Below are positions 8,949-17,427 of a stretch of DNA of 28,476 bases, piece after piece. A program made the translations under genes and the position numbers. Position 1 is the stretch's first letter, and each line of letters begins with the position of its first letter. The stretch lies in the sequence record DRR723986_5381; one strand, written 5' to 3'. The notes beneath the pieces are model-generated. The model had not been told where the DNA came from, did no database searches, and worked only from the letters and a program-made list of their open reading frames with translations.

Positions 8949-9539
8949 TTAAAATATTTTATCTAAAAACAGTTTAATACTTTCTTTATTGGCTCGTAGC
9001 AATTCCTCACGAGCAAGTCTCTTATCTTTTGGGTTTTTATCTTGTGAGAGTTTGAATTTTCCTTCCCAATTGGTAATAGTAATTTCAAACATCTCTATAT
9101 ATTTTAGATTAGCATCTAATCGAGGATTATCAGGTTCTAAAATATATTTATGGTCTGTAGCTTCTAAAAACTTTGTCATTGTTATCAATGATTGTTTTAA
9201 TGCGGCTTTACTTTCTATGGCTTTTACTGTTCCTTTGAGATGAACTTTAATGTAGTTCCAGGTAGGTAATTGCGTTGAAGAATATACAGTTGGAGAAATA
9301 TAACACTGTGGACCACTAAAGATAATGTTTACCTCATTATTATTTTTAAGAAGTTTAGTCTGTGGATTATAAATATCAATATGTCCTATAAGCTTTTCAC
9401 CATCATAAATTAGCGGCAAATGGGTTATTAAAGGTGAATTATCTTTCACTGAAATAACAGTAGCCAATGGGTAGGTTTTAATGACATCAACCATGTGATT
9501 AATGTCATTATCCTGATGATGTTTCGGAGGGTATTTCAT
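8949..9539 (-). CDS. PaiB-like FMN-binding protein (split barrel)
   Basis: YPPKH N-terminus, THLP, YISP, PTWNY and GKFKLSQ motifs. Confidence 0.88.
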   Translation of the reverse strand: MKYPPKHHQDNDINHMVDVIKTYPLATVISVKDNSPLITHLPLIYDGEKLIGHIDIYNPQTKLLKNNNEVNIIFSGPQCYISPTVYSSTQLPTWNYIKVHLKGTVKAIESKAALKQSLITMTKFLEATDHKYILEPDNPRLDANLKYIEMFEITITNWEGKFKLSQDKNPKDKRLAREELLRANKESIKLFLDKIF

Positions 9540-9983
9540 TACACACCAAATTGCCTAAAGTGATGGTCTAAGTGCTTGTATTGCATTTTTCCCCATTGCT
9601 CTTTTTGTCAGTTTACCAAATGCAGGATGCGGTTGCCAGTCGTTAAGGTCTCTTTGAGCGTTTAATTCATCGATAAGTGATGTTATAACTTGGTTTTCTT
9701 TATCAAAATCTCTTTGGTCCTTAATGGCAAATCCTTTAGCAGTTGGCAGGTTCTTTTTCCAAAGTTTATCACTATACATGGATTTTTTAAACAAAAGATT
9801 AATCAGCCAATTAGGTTTTAAACCATAGTCCTCTTTATCTAAAATAATATTAAGAGGCATTTGGCAATGATGCAGCATCTGGCCAGCATTCATTTTGCCG
9901 CAAATTGGTTTAGAATCTTTTTTTATTTTATTTAATCGTGAGGTGATTTCTTCGTAGACACCATCTTCAAAAATAGATTTCAT
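9539..9983 (-). pseudogene. DUF1569/DinB-like protein with a frameshift near the C-terminus
   Basis: GKMNAGQMLHHC and HPAFGKLT motifs. Removing one A from the A5 run (T5 at 9602-9606 on +) gives KEQWGKMQYKHLDHHFRQFGV*, whose TAA overlaps the next ATG (TAATG, 9541-9537). Confidence 0.8.
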
Positions 9984-10043
9984 AAGTATTTATTTTAATG
10001 AAAAATATGGATGCTACAATTTACAATTTTTTATCTTTAGAGC

Positions 10044-10742
10044 ATGCCAGAAAAGTCCACGTCATTTTCAATTAAAAATTGGTCTCAGGACGACCAGCCA
10101 CGAGAAAAACTGAGAGATAAAGGTAAAGCCGTTTTAAGTAACGCCGAACTAGTTGCTATACTTATAGGGTCAGGTAGTCGTGAAGAAAGTGCTGTAGATT
10201 TATGTAAACGTATATTGGCAAGTGTAGATAATAATCTCAATGCATTAGGTAAACTCTCTATAAAGCAATTGATGAAATTTAAAGGTATTGGAGAAGCAAA
10301 AGCTATTACCATTTCAGCTGCATTAGAGTTGGGAAGACGTCGCAGATATGAAGAAGGTATGCAATTGGATAAAATTACATCTAGTCGCTCTGTATTTGAT
10401 GTTATGCAACCCATTTTAGGTGAATTACCTCATGAAGAATTCTGGATATTATACCTTAATAATTCCAATAAAATTATTCAAAAAAATCAACTGAGTAAAG
10501 GTGGTATTACAGGGACTCTAGTAGATGTACGATTGGTGCTAAAAAACGCTTTGGAAGTTGGTGCGACGGCCTTAATACTTTGCCATAATCATCCTTCAGC
10601 TACATTAAAACCTAGTCAGGCAGATAAAGATATTACCCAAAAATTAAAAGCTGCAGCACAAAGCTTGGATATTAAAGTTTTAGATCATCTTATAATCACA
10701 GAGAAAGCTTATTTTAGTTTTGCTGATGAAGAATTATTATAA
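10044..10742 (+). CDS. radC: RadC family JAB-domain protein
   Basis: PREKL, LSNAELVAILIGSG, HhH motif KGIGEAKA, JAB motif HNHPS...PSQAD, and LDHLII. Confidence 0.93.
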   Translation: MPEKSTSFSIKNWSQDDQPREKLRDKGKAVLSNAELVAILIGSGSREESAVDLCKRILASVDNNLNALGKLSIKQLMKFKGIGEAKAITISAALELGRRRRYEEGMQLDKITSSRSVFDVMQPILGELPHEEFWILYLNNSNKIIQKNQLSKGGITGTLVDVRLVLKNALEVGATALILCHNHPSATLKPSQADKDITQKLKAAAQSLDIKVLDHLIITEKAYFSFADEELL

Positions 10743-12037
10743 TGCTATTAGTCTACACGCATAAAATAACGCCACGATTAACATATACTTTTAAGCATAT
10801 ATGTAAACGTATATTGGGCTTAGATGTAAAATTTACATCTAAAGTAGAGGACTTTATTGCACATGATAGCCTTAAAATGTCTTATACTAAACAACCACTA
10901 AGTAATGAGGTATTTGTGAGAAGCAACGAATTGCTATTTGAGCAAGGATTATCTGACTTAGATATAAATGTGCAAGATTGGGATAATACAAAAGGATTCT
11001 TTGCTGCCGGTGAACGCAGTCATTTACCATTCGATATTTTTGCTGCTTCATTTTATCTCTTAAGCAGATATGAAGAATATATGCCGCATGTTAAAGATGA
11101 ATTTGGCAGGTTTATGGCAAAGCAAAGTTTAGGGTATAAAAATCGATTTTTAAACCAGCCTGTAGTAGATATTTGGGCATACAAATTAAGAGATGCATTA
11201 CAAGTAAAATTTCCAGATTTTGTCTTTAAAACGAGAACTTATAGCATAAAACCAGTGATAGATGTACCTATGGCCTTTTACTTTAAACAAAAAGGGCTTT
11301 TACGAACTATTGGTGGTACTTTAAATGATATTGGCCGTTTTAAACTAAAACAATTGTATCAGCGCTATTTAGTTTTAATGGGTTTTAAACGCGATCCATA
11401 CGATACTTTTAAATGGATAATTGCCAGACAAAAACAGAGCGAATTTAAGTTTATGGTATTGTTTTTAATAGGAGATTATTCAACTTACGATAAAAATATT
11501 AATACCAATAAAAAGCAGTTTATCTCACTTATTAAATCCGTTGCAGATTATTGTGATGTTGGGATAAAGGCTTCTTATTTTTCTTTAGATAATATTAAAA
11601 TTCTAAAGAAAGAAAAGCAAAAGATGGAAGCCATTATTAATACAGATTTAAAAGCTGTTAGGAACTCTTTTTCAAAACTGAATTTGCCAGTATCTTATCG
11701 TAATCTGGTAGAGTTAGAGATTCATCAAGATTTTACAATGGGTTATATTGATACCTTAGGTTTTAGAGCTGGTACTTGCACACCATTTCAATTTTATGAC
11801 CTAGATTACGAGGTGCAAACACCTTTACAAATTAATCCTTACCATTGTCTTGATTTTGCGCTTTTAAAATATCAGTCAGAGTTAGATAAGATGGAACATT
11901 TACAAAAATTAATTGATGAGGTGAAAGCTGTTAATGGTACATTTATTCCTGTTTTTCATAATTACACCTTTAGTGATTCTATCCGTTGGAAAGGTTATAG
12001 AACTTTATTTAATTTAATACTTGAATCCGCAGAATGA
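10742..12037 (+). CDS. Polysaccharide deacetylase-like protein (Bacteroidota type)
   Basis: DIFAASFYLLSRYEEY, IDVP, GFRAGTCTPF and FHNY motifs, typical of this family. Coupled to radC by TAATG. Confidence 0.7.
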   Translation: MLLVYTHKITPRLTYTFKHICKRILGLDVKFTSKVEDFIAHDSLKMSYTKQPLSNEVFVRSNELLFEQGLSDLDINVQDWDNTKGFFAAGERSHLPFDIFAASFYLLSRYEEYMPHVKDEFGRFMAKQSLGYKNRFLNQPVVDIWAYKLRDALQVKFPDFVFKTRTYSIKPVIDVPMAFYFKQKGLLRTIGGTLNDIGRFKLKQLYQRYLVLMGFKRDPYDTFKWIIARQKQSEFKFMVLFLIGDYSTYDKNINTNKKQFISLIKSVADYCDVGIKASYFSLDNIKILKKEKQKMEAIINTDLKAVRNSFSKLNLPVSYRNLVELEIHQDFTMGYIDTLGFRAGTCTPFQFYDLDYEVQTPLQINPYHCLDFALLKYQSELDKMEHLQKLIDEVKAVNGTFIPVFHNYTFSDSIRWKGYRTLFNLILESAE

Positions 12038-12717
12038 GAGACGATATAAAACATGTCTTTTTTGATTTAGATCATACGCTTTGGGATTTTGATAAAAACT
12101 CAGGCCTAACTTTTGAACGAATTTTTAAACTCAATAAAATTGAGGTTCAACTCGACTCTTTTTTAGAAGTTTATGAACCAATAAACTTAAAATATTGGAA
12201 ACTTTACAGAGAAGAACGTGTTACAAAACCAGCACTGCGTTATGGTAGGTTAAGAGAAGCTTTTGATGCCATAAATGTAAGTATAGAGGATAACATGATT
12301 AATCACTTAGCTGTTGCTTATATAGATCACTTAACAACATTTAATCACTTGTTTGATGGAGCTGTGCAAATTTTAAGATATTTACAAAACAATTACGAAT
12401 TGCATATAATTACTAATGGGTTTGAGGAGGCACAAGAACGTAAGATGATAAATGCAAATATTAAGCATTATTTTAAAAGTGTAACTAACTCTGAAATGGT
12501 AGGTGTCAAAAAACCAAATCCTAAAATATTCAATTTTGCTTTGAATAGTGCTAAGGCAGATCCTGGTGAAAGCATAATGATTGGTGATAGTTTAGAAGCA
12601 GATATTGAAGGTGCAGACAAAATAGGTATGGATACAATTCATTTTGATTATAAGGATTTACACAATCATAATTTTAAACGTGTTACACATTTAAAAGCAA
12701 TAGAAAATCACCTTTAG
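12034..12717 (+). CDS. yjjG: YjjG-family HAD noncanonical pyrimidine nucleotidase
   Basis: HAD motif I FFDLDHTLWDF, ITNG, KKPNPKIF and MIGDSLEADIEGA. ATGA overlap with the upstream gene. Confidence 0.85.
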   Translation: MRDDIKHVFFDLDHTLWDFDKNSGLTFERIFKLNKIEVQLDSFLEVYEPINLKYWKLYREERVTKPALRYGRLREAFDAINVSIEDNMINHLAVAYIDHLTTFNHLFDGAVQILRYLQNNYELHIITNGFEEAQERKMINANIKHYFKSVTNSEMVGVKKPNPKIFNFALNSAKADPGESIMIGDSLEADIEGADKIGMDTIHFDYKDLHNHNFKRVTHLKAIENHL

Positions 12718-12728
12718 GATTTATAATT

Positions 12729-13511
12729 ATGGTAAAGAATATATTACTTCTTGTATTTTTATTCAATTCCTTTTTGGTTGCAAATAGCCAAGAAACTATA
12801 AATGACTATAAGTATATTTTAATACCGAATGAGTTTGAGTTTTCAAAAGTTAAGGATGAGTATAATCTTAACTCTCTAGCAAAATTCTTATTTAATAAAA
12901 ATGGATTTAATGCATACTTAGAAGATGAGAAATTGCCTGATGATTTGAGGAATGCAAGGTGTTTGGCATTAACCGTTGATGTTCTAAACGATAAAAGTGG
13001 CTTGTTTAAAACTAAACTAGAGATTTTATTAAAAGATTGTGATGGTAAAGAGATTATGAGATCTGATATGGGCGAGTCGCGTTTAAAAAAATACGATAGA
13101 GCTTATAACGAGGCTTTTAGAAAGGCGTTTACATCTTTTGAAAATTTAGGTTACGTCTATAAGATTAAGGAAGAAGCAACAAAAGAAAATACAGAAATAG
13201 AGATTGTAACTGAAAAGGAAACAAAGGAAGATGTTGAAGTAGAGGAAATAAATAAAGAACCTAATGAAATCAAAACCGATATAGAAGGTACTGAATATAA
13301 AGAAGTTCTTTATGCTCAGGCTATTAAAGAGGGTTTTCAGCTTGTAAATAAAAAGCCAGAAGTAGTCATGGTTTTATTGAGTACCAGTGGAGAACATATC
13401 TATATGGTAAAGGATAAAAGCGCAATTGTTTATAAAGAACAGGGTACATGGATATATTATGAATCTGATGGTACTACTAAGTTTAAGAAAGAACTAGTTA
13501 TTAAGTTTTGA
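12729..13511 (+). CDS. Secreted hypothetical protein (paralog A)
   Basis: Sec signal peptide, N-terminal domain with two Cys, acidic linker and short beta-rich C-terminal domain. Homologous to the next ORF. Confidence 0.8.
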   Translation: MVKNILLLVFLFNSFLVANSQETINDYKYILIPNEFEFSKVKDEYNLNSLAKFLFNKNGFNAYLEDEKLPDDLRNARCLALTVDVLNDKSGLFKTKLEILLKDCDGKEIMRSDMGESRLKKYDRAYNEAFRKAFTSFENLGYVYKIKEEATKENTEIEIVTEKETKEDVEVEEINKEPNEIKTDIEGTEYKEVLYAQAIKEGFQLVNKKPEVVMVLLSTSGEHIYMVKDKSAIVYKEQGTWIYYESDGTTKFKKELVIKF

Positions 13512-13545
13512 GAAAAAGGAATTTAATCTAAGGATATAGTTAAAT

Positions 13546-14316
13546 ATGAAAAAACTAATAATACTAAGTATAATACTTTGCTTTTCATTAAAAAGTAATG
13601 CTCAAGTGGATTTAAATCAGTATAAATATGCTGTTGTTCCATTACAATATGAGTTTTTAAAAGGAAAAGATAAGTACAGGCTAAATACGCTTACCAGAGT
13701 TTTATTTAAAGAGGAAGGTTTTGGTACTTTTTTCACAGAAGAGAAACTTCCCAGTGATTTATTTAAAGATAGGTGCATGGCTATTTATCCGGATGTAAAA
13801 AAAGTAAAAGGTGGATTTTTTAAATTGAGACTTCAAATTGAAATAAAGGACTGTAACGGACGAGTCATTTTTGAATCTGAGATTGGTGAATCTAAAGAGA
13901 ATAATTACAAACTTGCTCATAATGAGGCTTTGAGAAATGCTTTTAAATCTATTCAGAAATTGAATTATGAGTACACACCTTTACCTAAATCAGAGCAACA
14001 AGAAGAGAATGAAATAAGTGTTAAAACCGAAGAGTCTACTCAAAATGTTGAAGAAATTAAGGTTGAGGTATCAGAAGATATGGCCCAAACAAAAGAAGAG
14101 CTTATTGTAACTTATAAAGCAAAGGTCACTAATATTGGGTATCAATTATTAGATGGAGATGGTACAGTGGTTATGCAATTATGCCAAAGTGCTGCTAAAA
14201 ATGTATTTATTGTAAAGGATAAAAACGCCATTGTTTTTAAGCTAAATGATAAGTGGATTTATTCTCAAAATGATGGAATTATTCAATCCGAAAAGGAAAT
14301 AAAAATTACGTTTTAA
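13546..14316 (+). CDS. Secreted hypothetical protein (paralog B)
   Basis: Signal peptide ending SNA-Q. Shares YKY, EKLPxDL, RC, KDCxG, GES, NEAxRxAF and VKDKxAIV with paralog A. Confidence 0.8.
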   Translation: MKKLIILSIILCFSLKSNAQVDLNQYKYAVVPLQYEFLKGKDKYRLNTLTRVLFKEEGFGTFFTEEKLPSDLFKDRCMAIYPDVKKVKGGFFKLRLQIEIKDCNGRVIFESEIGESKENNYKLAHNEALRNAFKSIQKLNYEYTPLPKSEQQEENEISVKTEESTQNVEEIKVEVSEDMAQTKEELIVTYKAKVTNIGYQLLDGDGTVVMQLCQSAAKNVFIVKDKNAIVFKLNDKWIYSQNDGIIQSEKEIKITF

Positions 14317-15590
14317 TAGCCGTATTTCTTTTTCCAGAGAGACCTTAGATAGACGCGTTGTGCCTCTTCACGAGAGTTTTTTCCAGGATTATAGAAAGTT
14401 GTGTTTGCAATTTCATCTGGTAAAAATTCCTGCTCTGCAAAATTGTTTTTGTAGTTGTGTGCGTATCTATACTGATCTCCATAACCTAACTCTTTCATAA
14501 GTTTGGTCGGTGCGTTTCTTATTGCTAATGGTACCGATAGATCTCCAGTATCTTTTACTAGCTGTTGTGCTTTATTTATAGCTTCATAAGCAGCATTACT
14601 TTTTGGAGAGCTAGCTAAATAAGTTGCACATTGACTTAATATTATTCTAGATTCAGGATTACCGATTACAGATACTGCCTGAAACGTATTATTAGCTATT
14701 ACCAATGCTGTTGGGTTGGCATTCCCAATATCTTCACTAGCTAAGATTAGTAGTCGTCTGGCAATGAACTTAACATCTTCACCACCTTCAATCATTCGAG
14801 CCAAATAATAGACAGCGGCATTAGGGTCGCTACCTCTTATAGATTTTATAAATGCAGAGATGATATCATAATGCTGTTCACCAGTTTTATCATATCGTGC
14901 AGCTTTATTCTGAACTTGCTTGGTTACTAAATCGTTGGTTATAATTATAGGCTCTTTTTCAAAAGAAGTAACAAGCAGCTCGAAAATGTTTAACAGTTTT
15001 CTTGCATCACTACCAGAAAGGCGAAGTAATGCTTCGGTTTCTTTTAATTCAATCTTTAGTTTCGACATCACTTGATCTTCAGACATAGCACGTTTTAGAA
15101 GTGCTTCTAAATCAGCTTTACTAAATGCATTTAAAGTATAGACTTGACAACGTGATAGTAGTGCAGATATAACCTCAAAACTTGGATTTTCTGTAGTGGC
15201 ACCGATTAAGGTTACCCATCCTTTTTCAACAGCTTCTAATAGTGAATCTTGTTGAGACTTGCTAAAACGATGAATTTCATCAATGAAAAGTATAGGGTTT
15301 TTTGCAGTAAATAATCCACCACTTTTTTTGGCCTTATCTATAATCTCTCGTATGTCTTTAACTCCAGAATTAATGGCGCTTAACTTAAAAAAAGGGCGTT
15401 CAGACTCGTTTGCTATGATATTAGCTAAAGTGGTTTTACCAATACCTGGTGGTCCCCAAAGAATCAAAGAAGGAATTATTCCACTTTTTATTTGCTGATA
15501 GAGCATACCATTTTCACCAACAAGATGCTGTTGGCTTATATAGTCATTTAGAGTTTTTGGTCTAAGTCTTTCGGCCAGTGGAATATTCAT
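14313..15590 (-). CDS. rarA: Replication-associated recombination protein A (RarA/MgsA AAA+ ATPase)
   Basis: PLAERLRP, Walker A GPPGIGKTT, Walker B FIDEIHRF, GATTENP, SAFIKSIRGSD and SEDIGNA. Confidence 0.95.
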   Translation of the reverse strand: MNIPLAERLRPKTLNDYISQQHLVGENGMLYQQIKSGIIPSLILWGPPGIGKTTLANIIANESERPFFKLSAINSGVKDIREIIDKAKKSGGLFTAKNPILFIDEIHRFSKSQQDSLLEAVEKGWVTLIGATTENPSFEVISALLSRCQVYTLNAFSKADLEALLKRAMSEDQVMSKLKIELKETEALLRLSGSDARKLLNIFELLVTSFEKEPIIITNDLVTKQVQNKAARYDKTGEQHYDIISAFIKSIRGSDPNAAVYYLARMIEGGEDVKFIARRLLILASEDIGNANPTALVIANNTFQAVSVIGNPESRIILSQCATYLASSPKSNAAYEAINKAQQLVKDTGDLSVPLAIRNAPTKLMKELGYGDQYRYAHNYKNNFAEQEFLPDEIANTTFYNPGKNSREEAQRVYLRSLWKKKYGY

Positions 15591-15647
15591 ATTGTAAAAT
15601 TAGATAGAATTTTCATCTTAGATTTAATTTGATACTTCTTTTTAAGT

Positions 15648-15682
15648 AAAAAACCATCAAAAGCGAACTCTTGATGGTTTTT
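15648..15682 (-). terminator. Rho-independent terminator of the susC-susD-lipoprotein operon
   Basis: Minus strand reads aaaaaccatcaagag-TTCG-cttttgatggtttttt: a long stem with a UUCG tetraloop and U-tract, about 40 nt after the last operon stop codon. Confidence 0.85.
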
Positions 15683-15719
15683 AGTTAAACTATCTAATTG
15701 TATAAGTTTAAATTATCAT

Positions 15720-16583
15720 TTAATTACAAAAATTTGTACCTGATGTAATTTCTCCTTCAGCTATAAGCGTACCGTCTGTTCCGTCATCTGAAAAAACTGT
15801 TCCATCAGGTGTGGTAAGCGTATATGTGTTCTCTTCTTCCCATCCTGGTGCTTGACCGGAGCCACCACCTGAAGTATAGGTAAATGAATAAACATCGTTA
15901 TCTACCATACCAATTTCAAATGTTGAACCTTCTCCAGATGCTGCATATGTTGATTCAACTCCATTAATAGTAGCTGTAATGAAACCACCATTCCAACCAT
16001 CTCCAAAAGCATCAGTAGTTACCAGTGTCCATGCACAGGCATTAACATTGTTGATTGTGATTGAAATTTCTTCATCTATTGCAGCTGCCATAGTAGAAGT
16101 TGGTGAAAGCCTAAACGTATATGTTTCTGGCGCTTCATCTGCCACCGCATCTAATAATGCGTCAATAGATAATGAAAATGTCTCTGTATATGCAGGTACT
16201 TCTGCTACATATCCAGATCCACCTAAATATCCATAACTAAAGAAACCAGAATCGAACCAGCTATTATATGGTACGTTAATGTCATCTAAAACAATTGCTG
16301 CATACCCATTTCCACTATTAGGGTCACCAACTGGTTCTGTCGTTGGTATTGGGTTACCGTTTTCATCTAATACATCTATTCTTATGAATATTGGCTCATT
16401 TACAGCATATTCAATCGTGAAATCAAAAACTGCAGTTTCACCTTCGTTAAGTGTTTTAGAATTCTCTGCTATAGAAATTGTTGGTTTACCTCTTTTAGGT
16501 ATAGAATCGTCTTCTTGGCATGCAAATAACATCATAAGTGCAATTGCAAAACCTATATTGAATTTTTTAAATATATATTTCAT
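15720..16583 (-). CDS. Surface lipoprotein associated with SusCD (Ig/Calx-beta-like N-domain plus DxxGDGWNG C-domain)
   Basis: Lipobox LFAC followed by acidic QEDD; last gene of the operon. Confidence 0.8.
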   Translation of the reverse strand: MKYIFKKFNIGFAIALMMLFACQEDDSIPKRGKPTISIAENSKTLNEGETAVFDFTIEYAVNEPIFIRIDVLDENGNPIPTTEPVGDPNSGNGYAAIVLDDINVPYNSWFDSGFFSYGYLGGSGYVAEVPAYTETFSLSIDALLDAVADEAPETYTFRLSPTSTMAAAIDEEISITINNVNACAWTLVTTDAFGDGWNGGFITATINGVESTYAASGEGSTFEIGMVDNDVYSFTYTSGGGSGQAPGWEEENTYTLTTPDGTVFSDDGTDGTLIAEGEITSGTNFCN

Positions 16584-16595
16584 TGTTATTTGTTT

Positions 16596-17414
16596 TTAGT
16601 TTGGTGTATAAGTGCAGCCTCCTAAATCGAACCATATATCCGTAGGGTCTGCAACATTGTTATTATAAATTGTTAGACTGGTAAACGTAATTTCTCCATT
16701 ACTGTTAACAGTACCGCTACCTTCCGCTAAAGTTCCTCCTTGCCAGTCTCCCCATTCAACGTTACCACAAATTTCTGAAAACTCAATCCATGCAGGTGGT
16801 CCACCACCACCACCAAAAGCAAGGTATGGCATGGAGCTTATTCTATATACACCTGGCGCAACCTCGGTGATCGTTGCGTTTGGTGCACCTGCTGAAGTAA
16901 TTTCATTGCTTGTATAAGCACCAGCTAAATCAGATTCGCAGAAACCAATAATTTCAATTGAAATTTCTTCAAACTGTTCTGCTACGAGGCCAATACTTGG
17001 AGTTGCCAATCTTAAGATTAAAGTCTTTGATTGGTCAATGTCAATATTATTAGTATTAACATTTAGTTCAATCATTCCAAAATCTCTGTCTGCATCGATT
17101 GTTACCGTTTGGTTTGGATCAGCCACAGTATAATCAGTTCCTTCTACAGCTGTACTATTTACATCTATAATGTAAGATACTTGTATAGCTGGTGTATTAG
17201 TATAAGTGTTTCCACTTATAAGATCTACAGGAACTTCCAGTGTTTGTGTAGTTCCGTCAATTAAAAATCTAGCTTGAGTTGAGGCTTCTGAGAAACCAAC
17301 AACATAAGGTGTAGATGCCAAATCTCCCTCAAGGGATTGTACGTCATCATCTACACAAGATACTACCATGAGTATACTTAAAAGCAGAAATGGTAAAAAT
17401 TTTATATTTTTCAT
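16596..17414 (-). CDS. SusE-position surface lipoprotein (DUF1735/Calx-beta-like)
   Basis: Likely start MKNIKFL at 17414, because the ORF-track start at 17459 lies inside susD. Lipobox VVSC-VDDD and STAVEGTDYT motif. Confidence 0.78.
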   Translation of the reverse strand: MKNIKFLPFLLLSILMVVSCVDDDVQSLEGDLASTPYVVGFSEASTQARFLIDGTTQTLEVPVDLISGNTYTNTPAIQVSYIIDVNSTAVEGTDYTVADPNQTVTIDADRDFGMIELNVNTNNIDIDQSKTLILRLATPSIGLVAEQFEEISIEIIGFCESDLAGAYTSNEITSAGAPNATITEVAPGVYRISSMPYLAFGGGGGPPAWIEFSEICGNVEWGDWQGGTLAEGSGTVNSNGEITFTSLTIYNNNVADPTDIWFDLGGCTYTPN

Positions 17415-17427
17415 AATCATTTTTTTA

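Noticed and set aside
10044..10742. radC as a marker of a mobile element or anti-defence island
   Set aside because: This is the full-length chromosomal form with the HhH region, coupled to housekeeping genes. No integrase, relaxase or transposase is nearby.
14313..14316. Overlap of convergent stop codons of paralog B and rarA
   Set aside because: A 4-nt TTAA overlap is a common compact arrangement and implies nothing further.
16796..16814. GGT-type trinucleotide run encoding FGGGGGPP
   Set aside because: A short in-frame Gly linker, too short to suggest a contingency locus.
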